64,000 nucleotides of DNA, from contig NC_082708.1 of assembly GCF_030144855.1 (NCBI RefSeq), positions 159,526,001-159,590,000 on the forward strand. The letters run 5' to 3'. The position numbers and the translations under genes are program-made. The DNA comes from Hypanus sabinus. Taxonomy: Eukaryota. The notes beneath the pieces were generated by a model. That model had not been told where the DNA came from and made no database searches. It worked only from the letters and a program-made list of their open reading frames with translations. Each line of letters opens with the position of its first letter. Position 1 is the first letter of the stretch. Below are positions 22,801 through 37,800 of this stretch, piece by piece.

Positions 22801-25800
22801 AAGTTATTGGATGTGTTTAAGCAAAGATTGATAGGTTCTTGATTTGCTAAGGAAAGAGACATGGTTCCTTGGTGGACAGACTTGATGGGCTGAATGGCCT
22901 ATCTTTGCTCCTATACCAAATTGTTTTATTCAGGTTGTTCCTGGAACCACGGCATTTACAGGCTTCTGGTCACTGACACATTTTCACATTCTCCCCATCA
23001 GGCTGAGGGTAAACTGATCTCTTCAGTCAAAATGTCATCCCCTGGGAATTCCTGCTTCACCTCAGGGCAGCTAAAGAAGCGATTCTCCTGTGGAAGGGTA
23101 CATTAAATGATCCTACCCTTCTCATTCACAGGAGAACAGTGCCAAACAACCACCAGCTGAATGTTAGGCTGAAAGGAGGAGGAGAACTCATATCAATACT
23201 GTCTAAATATGTGCTCCAAAGTGGAGGATGGTCACCCATTTCCCAACCCTTATTTAGTCAACCTATTAACGTCAGTCTGCTAGGGTCCAGGTCAGGGGTG
23301 GCCATATTACATGTGTCAATTTTTTCACGCACAAGTTCTATATTAATGTATTTTTACAAGAATTGTGGGGGTACGAGAGTTGTATGGTGCATCTGCAAAA
23401 ATTGAAACACAGAATGTAAAAGGTTGGCCATCCCTGGTCTAGGTTGAATAAATGTAGTGAATCATCTTAAGCCTTGCATTAAAATCACTCCTGAAAAGGA
23501 TTAAAATTTCAGAAAGTTGAGTACAAGAAACTTACTCTCCTGCCGTTCCTTCCAGCAGTTATTTCGAAGGTTGGTTATATAATCTTCTTCAACACTTTTT
23601 TCCACTTTTTGTACCATCACACCCGTATATTCTTTCTCAAAGTCTTTGTTGACAAAATAAACTACTTTAAGGTTGCTGGTCTGCCTCTTGACAGTATGCC
23701 CCACAGCACTGCAAATGCAAAAGTTAGTCATTAAAAAAACCCAGCTCATTTCTTCCAGTCAATTAAATACAGGCTTATATTTATACAGCACACAAAGCCA
23801 TGGCAAGCTGATTTCAGTCTTGTATAAAAAGGTATAGTCATCTCTTGATGGAAGGCAGAACAGAGAGCAGGAGGGCAGAAGATCAGGAATGCTGATGACC
23901 TTCCAAGGAATAGAAAGGACAGGTCGGATGATCTGCTCATAGTCCAGAGCCTTGATGTTATGGAAGCCATAATCAACACAGGCCATCACTGATTATTTTA
24001 GATCTTGTCACTGTTCACCTGGTCTCCTACCATATTCAAAATGTCAATCATGTTCCGACCAGAATTATTTAAGCAACGAGCAAAAAAAAAATGAAACAAT
24101 GAACAGAAATCTATTCCATGAATGTATACTTCAACCAAGCTACCCAGAAATTGATGGCACCAACATAAATGCAACCAATTCTCTAGAGGATTATTTTGCT
24201 TCCTTGTCGCCATTGGTAGAGCAGCATTCACTATGGAAGATGCTCCAAATCAAAAATCTATAGTTCTTTAAAATAAATCTGTTTGTAAGTCATTGTCATT
24301 TTCATTTTTTTGCTTTGAACACAAGGCTGTTCCCTCAAGTCTTACATGGACTGATGCTACAATGTATTGTTATTGCTCTATTAACACAAGGAATAATTAA
24401 TATAATTAGTTTTGTTTATCATCAGTTACATATTCGGCTAACATGCAAATGTGCCACACAAATGGAGTTTCACCCAAACAAAATGAATTAGGAGAATATG
24501 AATATATATCAGTAATACTTACGCTCGATAGTAGAGACTATATGGTGGAGATGATACCATCAATTGGCTTAAAACAGACACCAGGATCAAAACAATTATA
24601 GGTAGCAGCTGTAAAAACATCGAAAATCCTCCCTGTAAGTAACAAGAATAACGTAATTAATTTCCATAGTTCAGCTCCAACATAGATTTGGAAAAGTTCT
24701 CTCTCAAATGCTGAAACAATCCTTGATCAGATGTTGAAGCACGTTACGGCAGAGACCATTTTCCCAGGTGAATTTCAGTTACTCTGCCTGACCACATTTC
24801 TTTAAAAGAACCCAGAGTAGTTCATAGCAAAGAAATCAAGCTGCATTTAGATCAGACAGGCAATGGGGGATTACAGTATGGTGGAGTTTGGATCTGGCCA
24901 TCACAAATTCTTCCCTATTTGTTGCTCGAAAGAAGGGCAAGCTGTCTACACAACTTACTTTGAGATACTTATGTTTGCAACACTGCCCTAAAGATTAACA
25001 GCTGGAAAATTTACTGATAGATCTTAGTTAAGAAAAATGGGGATTTTTCAGTAGGGAAAGACCACAACTATTAAGTAAGAAAATTCCACTTGTTAGGGAA
25101 AGAAGTGGTTTTTAAACCAAAAACAGCAATGGAAGCAGGATCCATAAACTAGTTGAGAACAAAGGAAGAGAAAAAAAAGCTGTTGACTGGATAAACTGGA
25201 CAGCGTTGTTGCAAAAACTGTGGACGAAATGTTCAACTCATAATACTTTCCTTCTATTATAAAAATGTTCTACTGTTAGAAAGGTGCTTGCCAGCAATCT
25301 TGGGGGGAAAAAATTATGTTCTAGTGACAGAAAGGCGGTTGCCAGCAATCTTGGGAAATAAATGCTGTCAATAAAATTTCACCACCCTCCCTTGTGTAGA
25401 CTTGCTCCTTTCCCATGAACAGAAATCACAGCCTATCCAGGAACGCCTCATCAGTCCTATCATGGGTGATCATCCAATTAGGTTTAATAATTCTGACAGA
25501 TAACAAACCATTTTGTACATGGAGCGCATCAAGATTAGGGATAATGGATTACAAATTGAAATATCAACTTAAAAAAACTGGTGCTTTGTTCCTCTATATT
25601 AGAGATATTTAGATACTAAAAAGAGTTTATTTGCTGTAATTATAGTTTAGTATTCTGTTACACCTTAAACAACATACTTTAATGTTTACATTCTGTTTTG
25701 CACAGCACGAATAGTTTACAGAAATTATAAATTCCTTACCTATGCACCAACTTCCTCAGAAAAAACGCTAATGACACATTCTGGAGAACGGGCAAATCAT

Positions 25801-28800
25801 GGAGTCTGACTGTGGAAGTTTTCAAGGTTCAGCTGGGCCACACGTGTACATACTTTAATAATAAACTTACTTTGAACTTTGATAATAATTGTGCAAGGAA
25901 GAGGCTCAATGGGCTAACTTGGCAAATACATCATGCCAATACACTTGTATCAATAAGTAGCACTGACACATTGATATGTAGGTGTTATCCCAATATTTCC
26001 TGAATATGCAAAGTTGGTCAGGAGGTATTTGATGGGGTGGTATCCAAATAAACTTTTTTTTTGGATGCCCATTCTCCATTTGGATTTTTACCGGCTGGAG
26101 CTTCCCATGAGTCAGATGAAACATTACATTTTTAGGAACTTTCGTGAACATTGTTGAAGTGTTCCCAAGTAACCTCTTGCCATAATGGAGCTTAGAATAA
26201 AATTGTCTGTTTTGGGAATCTGGTGTTGGGTACTTGAGTAATGTGGCAAACTTGTTTGAGCTACTAGACTGCATTATTGATAGTCAGGGCATGGAGGGAT
26301 ATGGGGAGAAGCAGGGGATTAGGGCCAAGAGGAAAATTGGATCAGCCATAAAGAAATAGTGGAGCAGACTCGTTGGGCCAAATGGTCCTATATCATATGG
26401 ACTTGTGGTCTTATACCCTCACATTTTCCTGCTGTGAACTGTACTAATCACATGGAGCTACCTTGAAGTGCTGCTGCAGTGAGTGTTGCAGTGAATTTTA
26501 ATGCCCCACCACCACCAGAAAGCTGCCATGGCCTCTGCCATTTCGTGTAGCAACATCTTTCTCCACGATTTCTCAATGTCCCTGACTGATGTTGAGAGAC
26601 AGAAAACATCCAAATCATTCTTTTCTAATTCTGAAAGTTTAGAAATGGGAGAAGTTTAACGAAAGAACTTCACTGAGCCTCTCAAGGTCAGATCATCAGC
26701 AGTTAGGGTTTTAATAAGTGCCCGGCTCGCAGGGCAATTACGTACGTCTGCTCGCTCGTTGTCTCTATTAGTTCGGTGATATGATTGGTGCGTTGTAAAC
26801 CTCGCTCTTCCATTGGAGTACGTCTGTGCACTACCTAAAATCAAGCAAACAATTAGACACTGCATATTTATCACATTAACACCCTGGGACAGAGAGAGGT
26901 GCAAAGATAAAAATGTAGTAGAAATTATCTAAGCCCATACAAAAAGCATCAAAACCAAAATAAGAACACCAGGAAAACAGTAGGCTACTTGAGCCTGCTC
27001 CACTATTCAATGTGATCATTTCTGATCTGCTGAAGGCCTCATCTGCTCTTCTGTGACAGCTCCCTAACCTATTAAATCTTTACCTCCCTCCAATAACCCA
27101 ACTTCCAAGCTCCTGAGGCAGAAAATTCCAAAGATTCACCACTCTCTGAGAAGAAATTTCTGCACACCCCAGATTTAAATGATCGGCCCCTCACTTTGAA
27201 TGTATTTCACAAGTAGGAGAACCTAAAACACCTTGCATCTAGCCTATCAAAGCCTTGTATACGAGAGAAAAACAATAACACAAGATCTTTCCTACTAAAT
27301 GCAGTAAGCATATACAGCAGTTCATCTCTGTGTGACAGGAGAACACGCTTCATAGTACGAAACTTTTATTATTTTGTACATTATTGCACATTGGTAAATT
27401 AATATTGTGTATATTATTATTCTGAACGTCATTATTAGTTAAGTCTGCACACTACTAAGCATATTTTAAATGTTGATGCTGTAATGACAGAATTTCCACT
27501 TTGGATCAATAAAGTACTTATTATTACTTATTACTTATTACTTATTATTAAAATCATTCCATATTCTGCCAAACTCTAAAGAATGCAGACCAGCTGCTTA
27601 GCCTCTCTTATCCCAGGAAGTCACCTAGTTCTTTTCTTTCAGACTGCATCTTTTTCCTTAGTTAAGGTAACCAACATTGTCTGCAGTAGCCCAAGTGTGG
27701 CCATAGCAGGTGAATTGCAGTAGGTCAAGGCTGGAGCTAATATGTGCAATGACCAGCCTCTCGAAGCACTGCATGATGGTGGAAGGCAGAGCCATCAACT
27801 AGGAGTCATCATGGCACATTCCCTTGTTTTGCCTCAGCCACCATAAAGCAGGTAGAAGCTTCAGACTGAAACAGGGAGCAGTGAAAAATGTCTGCACATA
27901 CACCTGCCAGCTGATCTGCACAGCATCTAACAACACAGCTACGACACCATCTGGGGCCGATGCTTTCCGTGGGTTTACTCTCCGCAAGATCGACCTTACA
28001 TCCACGTCGGTGACTGCGGGTACTGATGCAACCGATGACATTCTAATCTTCTTCTGCTCAAAGCGTGCACATCTGACCACTCATGTGCTTGTCTAAATGG
28101 CTCTTCAAGGTTGTTGCTGTATCTACTTCCACCACCTTCCCTGTCAGGTAGCTACTAACCTTTGTAATAAAAACTGGCCTTGTAATTCTCCTCTAAACTC
28201 CCTCCCCCTCACTTCAAACCTACACTCTCTGGAACTTCTGGGATAAAGAAACTGACTACCTAGCCTTATCTAAGTCTCTCAGGGACATTTTTCTAAAACA
28301 AAAAGCTAGGATCTTGACAATCGAAGACATACGGACCTGCTCCAGCTGTCAATCAATGATGTACACCACATCAGCAAAGAAGGCCCCACCCCTAAGGGAA
28401 CATATTTATTGAATATTGTATTCATGCCCCCTCTCAGAAACAAAATTCAGCAGTAAAATGTTTACATTGAAATCATTTCACAGAACATTGGGTATTACTC
28501 CTTTTAAGAGGACAAGACCAGCTTCATCCTTAACTTTGATCTGGCAGGAGACCAACGATTTCTGTCCTTCTCCATTTGCCCTTGAACACAGCGGCTCATT
28601 AGACAAAAGTACCACCTGGTTCAAGGACAGTTTTTATCTGTTATTGAACGATCCTCACATACACTGAAAGATGAAGCCTTGATCTCCCAACCTACCTCAC
28701 CAAGGCCCGTTGAACTCTGTCTATCTGCTCTGCATTTTGTTTTATATTTACTACCTAAATGTACTTATGTACAGAATGATCTCTCTGGATGGCACACAAG

Positions 28801-31800
28801 CAAAAGCCTTACACTGCATCTCAGTACATATGGCAATAATAATCCGATATGGGTCTGTAGCGAGTTAACGCCATAATCCAGTTAGCTCTGGTATTACACT
28901 TAGATCCACCAGAATAATGGTGACAAATCCCACTAATAGTATAAAATACACAGTATCCGAGATATGAAATGGGGTTAGAACACTAAGGATGCTTAGCAAA
29001 TGCTGGATGTTCACAGCATGTTCTGATTTACACCAAATCCCTTTCCCCCACAGGCTTTAAATAAAGAAACTTAGATTTTTACAATAATAACCTTTTTAAA
29101 TGCAGAATTAATTAATTGGCTGAATTTAAAAATTCACAGCTGTCACAGTGGGCTTAGTTCTGGAATATTATCAGTCTACCACCACACCTCATGAATGTGT
29201 TTTTCTATTAACACAGAGTCAAGGTGATGCTTCTGTAATTGAGGCCCCTGCTCTGTGTACAGCACACCTTTGTTATCCACTGGCCTTTTGGATAACTTTG
29301 TTATCCACCGTGGATCTGCAAATTTAAGGTTCACCTACGGCACGCTTCAATGTTTTGCCCTGGGAGGCACCAAAACACTTGGATCACAGACCTGTCCTTG
29401 CAAGCTCAGTAGTCCTCAGCCCAGGTCCAGGGAGAGGAGGTGGAGAGCTTTCAGAAACAGAAGTTTGCACTGAACTCACTATATCCATACACAGGTTATT
29501 TCCAATGACCCTGGTGCTTTGTACATATTGTTGTTATCAAAGGGATAACAGTTCTTCTGTCCATGGGAATGATGACCTGGTGTCCCATCCATATTGGGAG
29601 GAAGCTATTCTAACCAAATCTAAGGCAGCAGGCTCATGTTGCCCACACTTTCAGCAGGCTTTTCACATGATCCCAACTCCTAATCAACTTCTTCTAATGG
29701 GGACAGCACAGTGTAGTGATTTGCATAACACTATTACAACGCCAGCGACCCAGGTTCAATTCCAGCAGGTGTTCTCCAGTTTCCTCCCACATTCCAAACT
29801 TATGGGTCAGTAATTTAATTGGTCACGCAGGTATAATTAGGTGACACGGGTCATTGTGCCAGCTGTTACTGTGCTGCATCTCTAAATAAAGTTGGAGTTG
29901 CCCAGGAATCTCGATTAATATTCAAGACACCACTCTGGTCTTCAAATACAGGCCTCGAGGTTGGGGCAATCCAGGCTAGGTAATAAAATCAGGGCCACTA
30001 CTGGCAACACTGAAGTCAGGTGCTGTCTACCTCTTGTCAAACGCTGAAACAGACAAATTCTTCCACATGGTTTTTATAGCCACCCCTCCATGGACTCTGA
30101 CACTTCCTGCTACCTCAGGAAATCAGGCAACATAATCGAAGACCTTTCGCGCCTTAGTCATTCTCTCTTCCTTTACCTCCTCCCCATCAGGCAGAAGATA
30201 CAGAAGTTTGAGAACACACACCAGCAAGCTCAGGAACAGTTTCCATCTACACCTGAATGCATCTCTTGTATGCTAAACATAATTCTTGATCTCTTGTTGT
30301 GGTCCTTGCACCTCCTTACAAGTTGCCCCCCCCCCACCCATTTACAAAGGTAGAGCGGTCCTATGAAACCTTTCTTAAGCCGAAATGGCGTAAACAAAGA
30401 ACCATTAATTTATATGGGAAAAATTTTCGTAAAAAGTGAAAATCCTCTTTGTAATGCGAAATAGGTTACTAATGTAGGTCTTTTGTAAAGCGAAGTGACG
30501 TAAAGTGAACATTCGTAAAGCGGGGACACCTGTATCTGCCTTCTGTGCGCTTTCTCCATAGTTGTAAAACTATATTCTGCAATCAGTTTTCCTTTTTACT
30601 ACCTTAATGTACTTTGATCTGTTTGGATGGTATGCAAATAAAAACTTTTCACTGTATTTCTGTACATGTGACAATGATAAGCCAATTACCACCCAGGACT
30701 CCACCTCACCTTCAATGACATCGGCTAAACCAGCATATTGACTCTACTTTTCTCCATAGATGCTGCCTGGCCGGCTGAGTTGCTCCAGCATTTTGTGTGT
30801 GTTGCTTGGATTTACAGCATCTGCAGATTTTCTCATTTGTGGTATCCAATGCATCTTCCACCTCCCGAGAATGACCCCGGGAATGAGGTGCATTTGATGG
30901 CTCTGGGCCTGTACTGGTTGGAGTTTAGAAGAATGAAGGAGGGATCTCATTGAAACTTATTGAATATTGAAAGGGAGGTGTGCAAAGGACGTTTCTTATA
31001 GTGAGGGGGCCTAGGATCAGAGGGCGTAGCCTCAGAATACAAGGATGTCTCTTTAGAACAGACAGAAGAATTTCTTTAGCCAGAGGGTGGTGAATCTGTG
31101 GAATTCATTGCCACAGGTGGCTGTGGAGGCCAAGTCATTGGGTGCATTTAAAACAGTTAATAAGAGTAGCAAAATAGCAAAGGGAGGCAGGAGAATGGAG
31201 TTGACAGGATAATTATTCAGCCACGATGGATTGGCAAGGAGACTTGATGGGCCGAATGGCCTGATTCTTGCTCTGGGTCCTGTTGCCCGTTCAGCATCCT
31301 ATTTAAGTACAGCCTGCTGGACATTTATCAGAGTTCACATTTCACTGGAGATCTGGGGTGTCTTGGCAGAAGGGGTGTAACACCACTCCCTCCATATCCT
31401 CTACCATCTCCACCGGGTGCCCCAAAAGCAAGGGGACTCCACATTCAGAAAAAGAGGCAGCATTTCAAAGTAGTGGATCACTCCCACCTTCTCAAGGGCA
31501 GCTAGCAATGGGAAGTAAGTGCTGACTCCAGCACAGACGCCAAAAAACCACCTTTGAATAAAAGAACAACACGAAGGCACTGGAGAAACCCGATGGGTCA
31601 GGAAGCACAAATGGAGGAAAACGGAGAGTGGACATTTTGAGTCAAGATCCTTAAATACTAAAATATTTGGAAATCCAATGGGTATAAGGAAGAGTAAAGA
31701 AGAACTGTCTCTTTGGTCCACAGTACTGTCCCACACCCATGACCCCAATCTCTTCAGCCTGCATGTGGTCCATATCCCTCCATTCTCTACACATCCACAT

Positions 31801-34800
31801 GCCTGCCTATCAAAGAGCCTCTTAAACACCACTATTATATCTGCCTCCACCACCATCCCTGGCAACACATTCCAGGCACCACCACTCTCTGGGGGGGGAA
31901 ACCTGCCTCACATTTTTTCCTTTGAACTCTTCCCCCCCCACCCCTCGCCTAGAATGCCTGCCTTCTAGTATCAATTATTTCAACTCTGGGATAAAAGTTG
32001 CTGGCTTTCTATCTACAACTCTCATAATTTCATCAACTCTCAGCCTCCACCGCTCCTGAGAAAACTACTGTTTGTCCATCCTCTCCTTTAGAAGAGCCTC
32101 TCCCTTTTAGACGGTTAATGCAATGTTTGGGAAAACGAGCCACGTTGGAACATCGGCCAATGCACTTGGAACCTCCACGCATGGAAAGAGCAACACTGAC
32201 ATTTATGAAGTATTTTCAACATACCTGCAGGAAATCCTCCACCAAAGAACATGTTAAATAAATCTTCTGGAGTAATATCAGCTTCATAATTTCGATGAAA
32301 TTCAAAGCCTCCATGCTGGTAATTCCCAGGGGACTGGCTTTCACCATACTGATCATAATCCTTTCGTTTCACTGGGTTACTGAGCACAGCATAGGCGTTT
32401 CCAATTGCTGCATTAAAAAAAACATTGTGACATATAAAACTACTGGTGAGATACTGTCTGTTTCCCCAAATGCATAAAGCTCCCACAGCACAATAGAGAG
32501 GGAGCTCGTTCCAGCTCCTGCAGCCATTATTGAACCCTCAACTACTTAAAACTTATCTGCTCATTGCTACGTGTGGGAGTTTACCATGCAATTATAACAA
32601 TGACCACACTTCAGAAGGATGGATACAAGATTGGGTCAAAGAGTGGGAATAAAAGACGATTTTCTGGATGGCTACCAGTGACTAGTGATATACCGCCGGC
32701 CTCAGTGTTGGGTCGACTACTTTTCAAATTATATGTTACTGATCTGGATGATGGAATTGGTGGTTTTGTGGTCAGGTTTGTTGATGATACAAAGATAGGT
32801 GTTGAGGAAACTGAATTTTCTGATGGACTTGGACAGATTAGGAAAATAAGAAAAGTACTGAGAGATAGAATACAGTTTAGCGAAGTGTATGGTCATGCAC
32901 TTTGGTAGGAGGAATAAAGGCATAAACTATTTTCTAAAAGGGGAACAAATTCGGAGATTGGAAGTTCAAAGGGTCTTGGGAGTCCTAGTGCAGGGTTCCT
33001 TGAAGGTTAACTTGTAGATTGAGCCAGTAATAAGGAAGGTAAATGCAATGTTAGCATTCATTTCAAGATGACTAGAATGTAAAAGCAAAGTGATAAAGAC
33101 AGCGCATTACAAGGTGTTGGTCAGACCACAGTTTGAGTAGTGTGAGCAGTTTTAGGCCCCATATCAAATATTTTGACTAATATTCTAGTATTATAGAGGG
33201 TCTGGAGGAGATTAGGAAGAATGATTCTGTAAATGAAAGGGTTAACTAATTAGGAGCTTTTGATCTCTCTGGGCCTATACTCACCAGGATTTAGAAGAAT
33301 AAGATGGATTTCATTGAAACTTGTCAAATATTGAAAGGACTTGTCAGAGTGAAAGCGGAGAGATCGTTTCTAATAATAGGAGCATCTGGGACCAGAGGGC
33401 ACAGCCTCAGAAGGATATCCCTTTGGAACAGTATTGGAACAGAAATGTGGAGGAATATCATTAGCCAGAGGGCCATGAAACAGTGGAATTCATTGCCACA
33501 AATGGCTGTGGAGACCAAGACTTTGGGCAGATTTAAAGTAGAGGTTTATAGGTTCTTGATTAGTAAGGGTTATGGGGAGAAGGCAGAAGGGTTGAGTAGG
33601 AAACTAAATCAGCTATGACCGAATGGTGGAGCAGACTTGATGCACCAAATAGCCTAACTTTGCTCCTAAGGTCTTATTCAATAAGGTCTATTACCTCAGC
33701 ATTATGTTCCTCCATAAGCTTCCTGTCTTGAATTCCTAGTTCCTATCAACCTCCATATTCTCTGTGATGGACTAATCACTCATAGCCCTTTGGGGTAAAG
33801 ATTCACAAAGGTTCGCCATCCTGTGTGAAGGAATTTCTTCTGGTCATTTGGTGTCAGTAGCCATAAGGGGTAAAGCAAAGGTTTGATTCAAGAACTTTGT
33901 AAAAGATGGGGCTGTGGGGAGTTATTGGCTCAAAACTGTGCAATGCAGGCTTGGAAAACAGTGCCTCATCTTCTCCCTGCACACGACAGTTTTCTGGACT
34001 CGACACTAAATGCTACAACTTCAGGTTAAATTGATTTCTTGGTCTGCATCAGTTATTTGTGATATTGGGACAGTTTTAAAAAAAACATAAGTAATACAGC
34101 ATGAATACAGGCCCGTCGGCCCAACTTGTCTACACCCACTACGGTGCCCAGCTTCGCTGAGATTTTCCCCCCGGGTCTGGAGGATGTGCCCAGCCAGTCA
34201 TTCCCTCCAGCTCTGCATTTCTCAACTCCTACACTCCACTGTTCACAGTCTCACTCTCCAACTGCTCCCATTCTCTCACTGACTACATCATTTGGTTTAC
34301 AGATTATCCCCATGATTACACTTTCACAGACATACTCCACTCCCACCCTCCCTACCCCTTAAATTTCTCTCCCCTTCCCAGTTCTGAAGGGAACTCAGCC
34401 TGTAATAGGTAACAGGAACAAACCCTTTGACCAGCTTCTGTGCCAACCACAATGCCAATTTAATCTAAACCCATATAGGGGCACAAGGTCTATCTCCCTC
34501 CATTCCCTGTCTGTTCATGTCTGTGAGAAGTCTCTTCCCATATATACAGACCAACCTGCTGAGTACTTCCTGCACCTTATTTTCAATTTCCATCACCTTC
34601 TGTGTTTTAATTTTCAATTACTACGGAGTTACTGGACGGCCTCTGCACCACAGGAAGAGGAAGGCTTCATGCACCGAGTGGAATGTACTTGCAAAGACAC
34701 AGGGCAGAAATCACACCACAGGCAGATCAAAGAGAAAATCTCTCAGCTCACCTTTAAACGCCTCGGTTGCTCCAGGTGCATGGTTTTTATCAGGATGAAA

Positions 34801-37800
34801 CTTCAGCGCCAGTTTCCTGTAAGCTTTCTTCAGATCCTCATCAGATGCCTCCTTGCTGACCCCAAGGATCTCATAGTAATCTTTACATTTCTTTATCCTG
34901 GGTTGGAATAGTCAAATCACCATTACTAGCATGTTAATGCACAGAGGGGAAGAGATCAAGGCCTGGTGCCAGGCATATAACCTCTTCCGCAATGTCAACA
35001 GACCAAGGGTATGGTTATCAGCTTCTGGATAACTCACACCCTTCTTTACATCAGCGGCACAGCAGTGGAAACTGCGAGCAGTTTCAAACACCTTAGAGTG
35101 CATACCTCACACAACCTCTCATGGCTCCAGAACACATCCTACACAACCAGGAAAACTCACCAAGGCCTCTGTTACGCACATCTATACTTACAACCTTCTA
35201 CAGGTGCGCAGTAGGGAGCATCCAAACATGCAGCATCAATGCATTGTACAGAAACTGCAATCCGGCAGACAGGAAGACTTGCAACAGGTAGTCCAGACTA
35301 TCCAGAGCAACACTGGCACCAGCCTACACACCATCAAGGACCTATATACAGAACGGTGCCAGAAAAATGCCAACAATATCATGAAGGATTCCACATGCAC
35401 TGCTCATGGACTGTTTGTCCCATTCCTATCAGGGAGGATGCTAGTAGCATCCACTTCAAGACCACGAGACTCAAAAAGAGTTACTTACCCCCATAGCAAG
35501 GCTAATCAATACTTACACCCACTAACCCACCTCACAAAGCATCCCCCCCCCCCACTACTACTTTATCATTTCCTGTCAGAGTTAAGTATGGGCACACCTG
35601 CACCTAGCATCAATTTACGTAGATGCAATCAGTCTATGTATATAATCTAGTTTACGTATAGATATTTATTGTGTTTTTTTATTATTCTGTTCTTTTTGTG
35701 CTACATCTGATCCAAAAAAACAATTATTTTGTTCTCCTTTACACATCCTCTGGAAATTACATTAAACAATCTTGAAGTTAGTCTGTAGTTTTCCAGACCA
35801 GGTAGCCAAAAATCAAAATCCCATCAGCAAAGTTCACCAAGTTGTAACATAGCTCATACTGCAAAGGTCTCAACCTTTTTATTCTTCAAAAAATTTCTGC
35901 AGACCACAGATTTCACCATTTAACAACTGACTGCATTTATATAGCATCTATAATGTGGCAAAACATCCCAAGAGGATTCACGGCAGTGGAAGCAGGGCCT
36001 GATGTCATGTTACAGAGGCACAAGTGATCAAAGGCAAATTCAAGGAACAAGGATTTCAAAAGCATCTAAGGGAGTAGAAATACTGAGTGTGGGAATTCCA
36101 GAGCTTGGGCTGTAGCCAATATCAGCAGATATGCTTTAGCACCAACCCCCTGCAGGGCCCTTTCAAATCACTCACCATCCTGATACGGAAATACAAAATG
36201 TATATCATCAGCCCATCATCCTCACTGGAACAGCACTGTGGGAAATCCTTCACAAGAATGGCTGCAGTGGCTGAGCGCACCACACACACCTCAGAGGGAA
36301 GGGCAATATTGCTGGCCTTGCCAACGATGCCCATATCCTGCAGATGACTAAGTAAAAAATGACAAAAGAAGCAGTGAACAATGGTGGAACGATTTTATTT
36401 TAAAAGCTTGAAACTGGAGGATCAGATAGTGCTGAGGAACCAGGGAGTCTGCAAAAGGAACTAGCCAAATTGGGAAAATGGTCAAAGTGGCAGATGGTAT
36501 ATAGTGTATGGTCATGTGCTTTGGTAGAAGGAAAAAAGGCAGAGATTAATTTCTAAACATGGAGAATTTTTTTAAAACTCTGAGGTGCAAAGGGATGTGG
36601 GAGGCCTTGTGCAGGATTCTCTAAAGGTTAACTTGCAGGAGGAAGGTGATTGCGATGTTAACATCCATTTCGAGAGACTAGAATATAAGAGCAAGGGTGT
36701 AGTGCTGAGGCTTTATAAGGCAGTGGTCAGACTACACTTTAAGTATTGTGAACAGTCTTGCGCCCCTTATCTAAGACAAGCTGTACTGGTGTTGGACAGC
36801 GTCCAGAGAGAGATTCATGAGCATTATTCCGAGAACGAGAGAGTTAACATATGAGAAACTTTTGATGACTCTGGGCCTGTACTTGCTGGAGTTTAAACTG
36901 TTGGGGGGGGGGGGGGGGGGGAGGAATCTCATTGAAACCCATTACATATTGAAAGGCCTAAATGGAGTGGATGTGGAGAGGATGTTTCTTACAGTGGGTG
37001 AGACTAGATCTAGAAGACACAGCATCAAAATAGCAGAATGGATGCCCATTTAGAACCGAGATGAGGAAGAATTTCTTTAGTCAGGGGGTGGTGAATCTGT
37101 GGAATTCATTGACTCGTACGGCTGTGGAGGCCAAGTCATTGAATATATTTAAAGTGAAGGTTGATAGGTTCTTTATTACTCAGGGTGTCAAAGGTAAAGG
37201 GAAGAACGCAGTAGAATGGGGTTGAGAGGATTAATAAATCAGCCTTGATTAGAATGGCTAAGTGGCCTAATTCTACTCCTACACTTTTGGAGGCAGTAAC
37301 AGGGGAAGGGAAGGGAAGGATCGGAACAAAGTTCAAGCAAACAGATTTCCAACAGTCAATGGGGGAAGAGTGAATGGTCATTCAAAACTGTAATCCATTG
37401 GTCCAGAGCCACTGAATGGGATGAGATCAAAGCCAATATTCATACAATTTGGAATGTGAAATCGAATTCTTCACGTTGTTTCTGCACCACCACATTTTGA
37501 AAGAGAAAAATATGTAGGTTTGAGTTCCATTTCAGGGTTGAGACAGAAAAACCAAGGCTGGAGATCTGGTGGAGTACTCCACCACCATCTCCTGGTCATG
37601 ACAACGCTGAAACCCCCTGTTCTTCCAGCGGGGTCCCCAGAAGTCTGCAAAGTACAAAATCTAATGCCGACTGAGGAATTCAAGCCTAAATGGATCTTTT
37701 TTTTTAAAAAAAACTGACTGCCATTACTAAAACACCTACCAATATCATCACCCATTGGCAGAAAGAGGGCTGCAGAGTGGAAATACAAGCAGACAAAACA

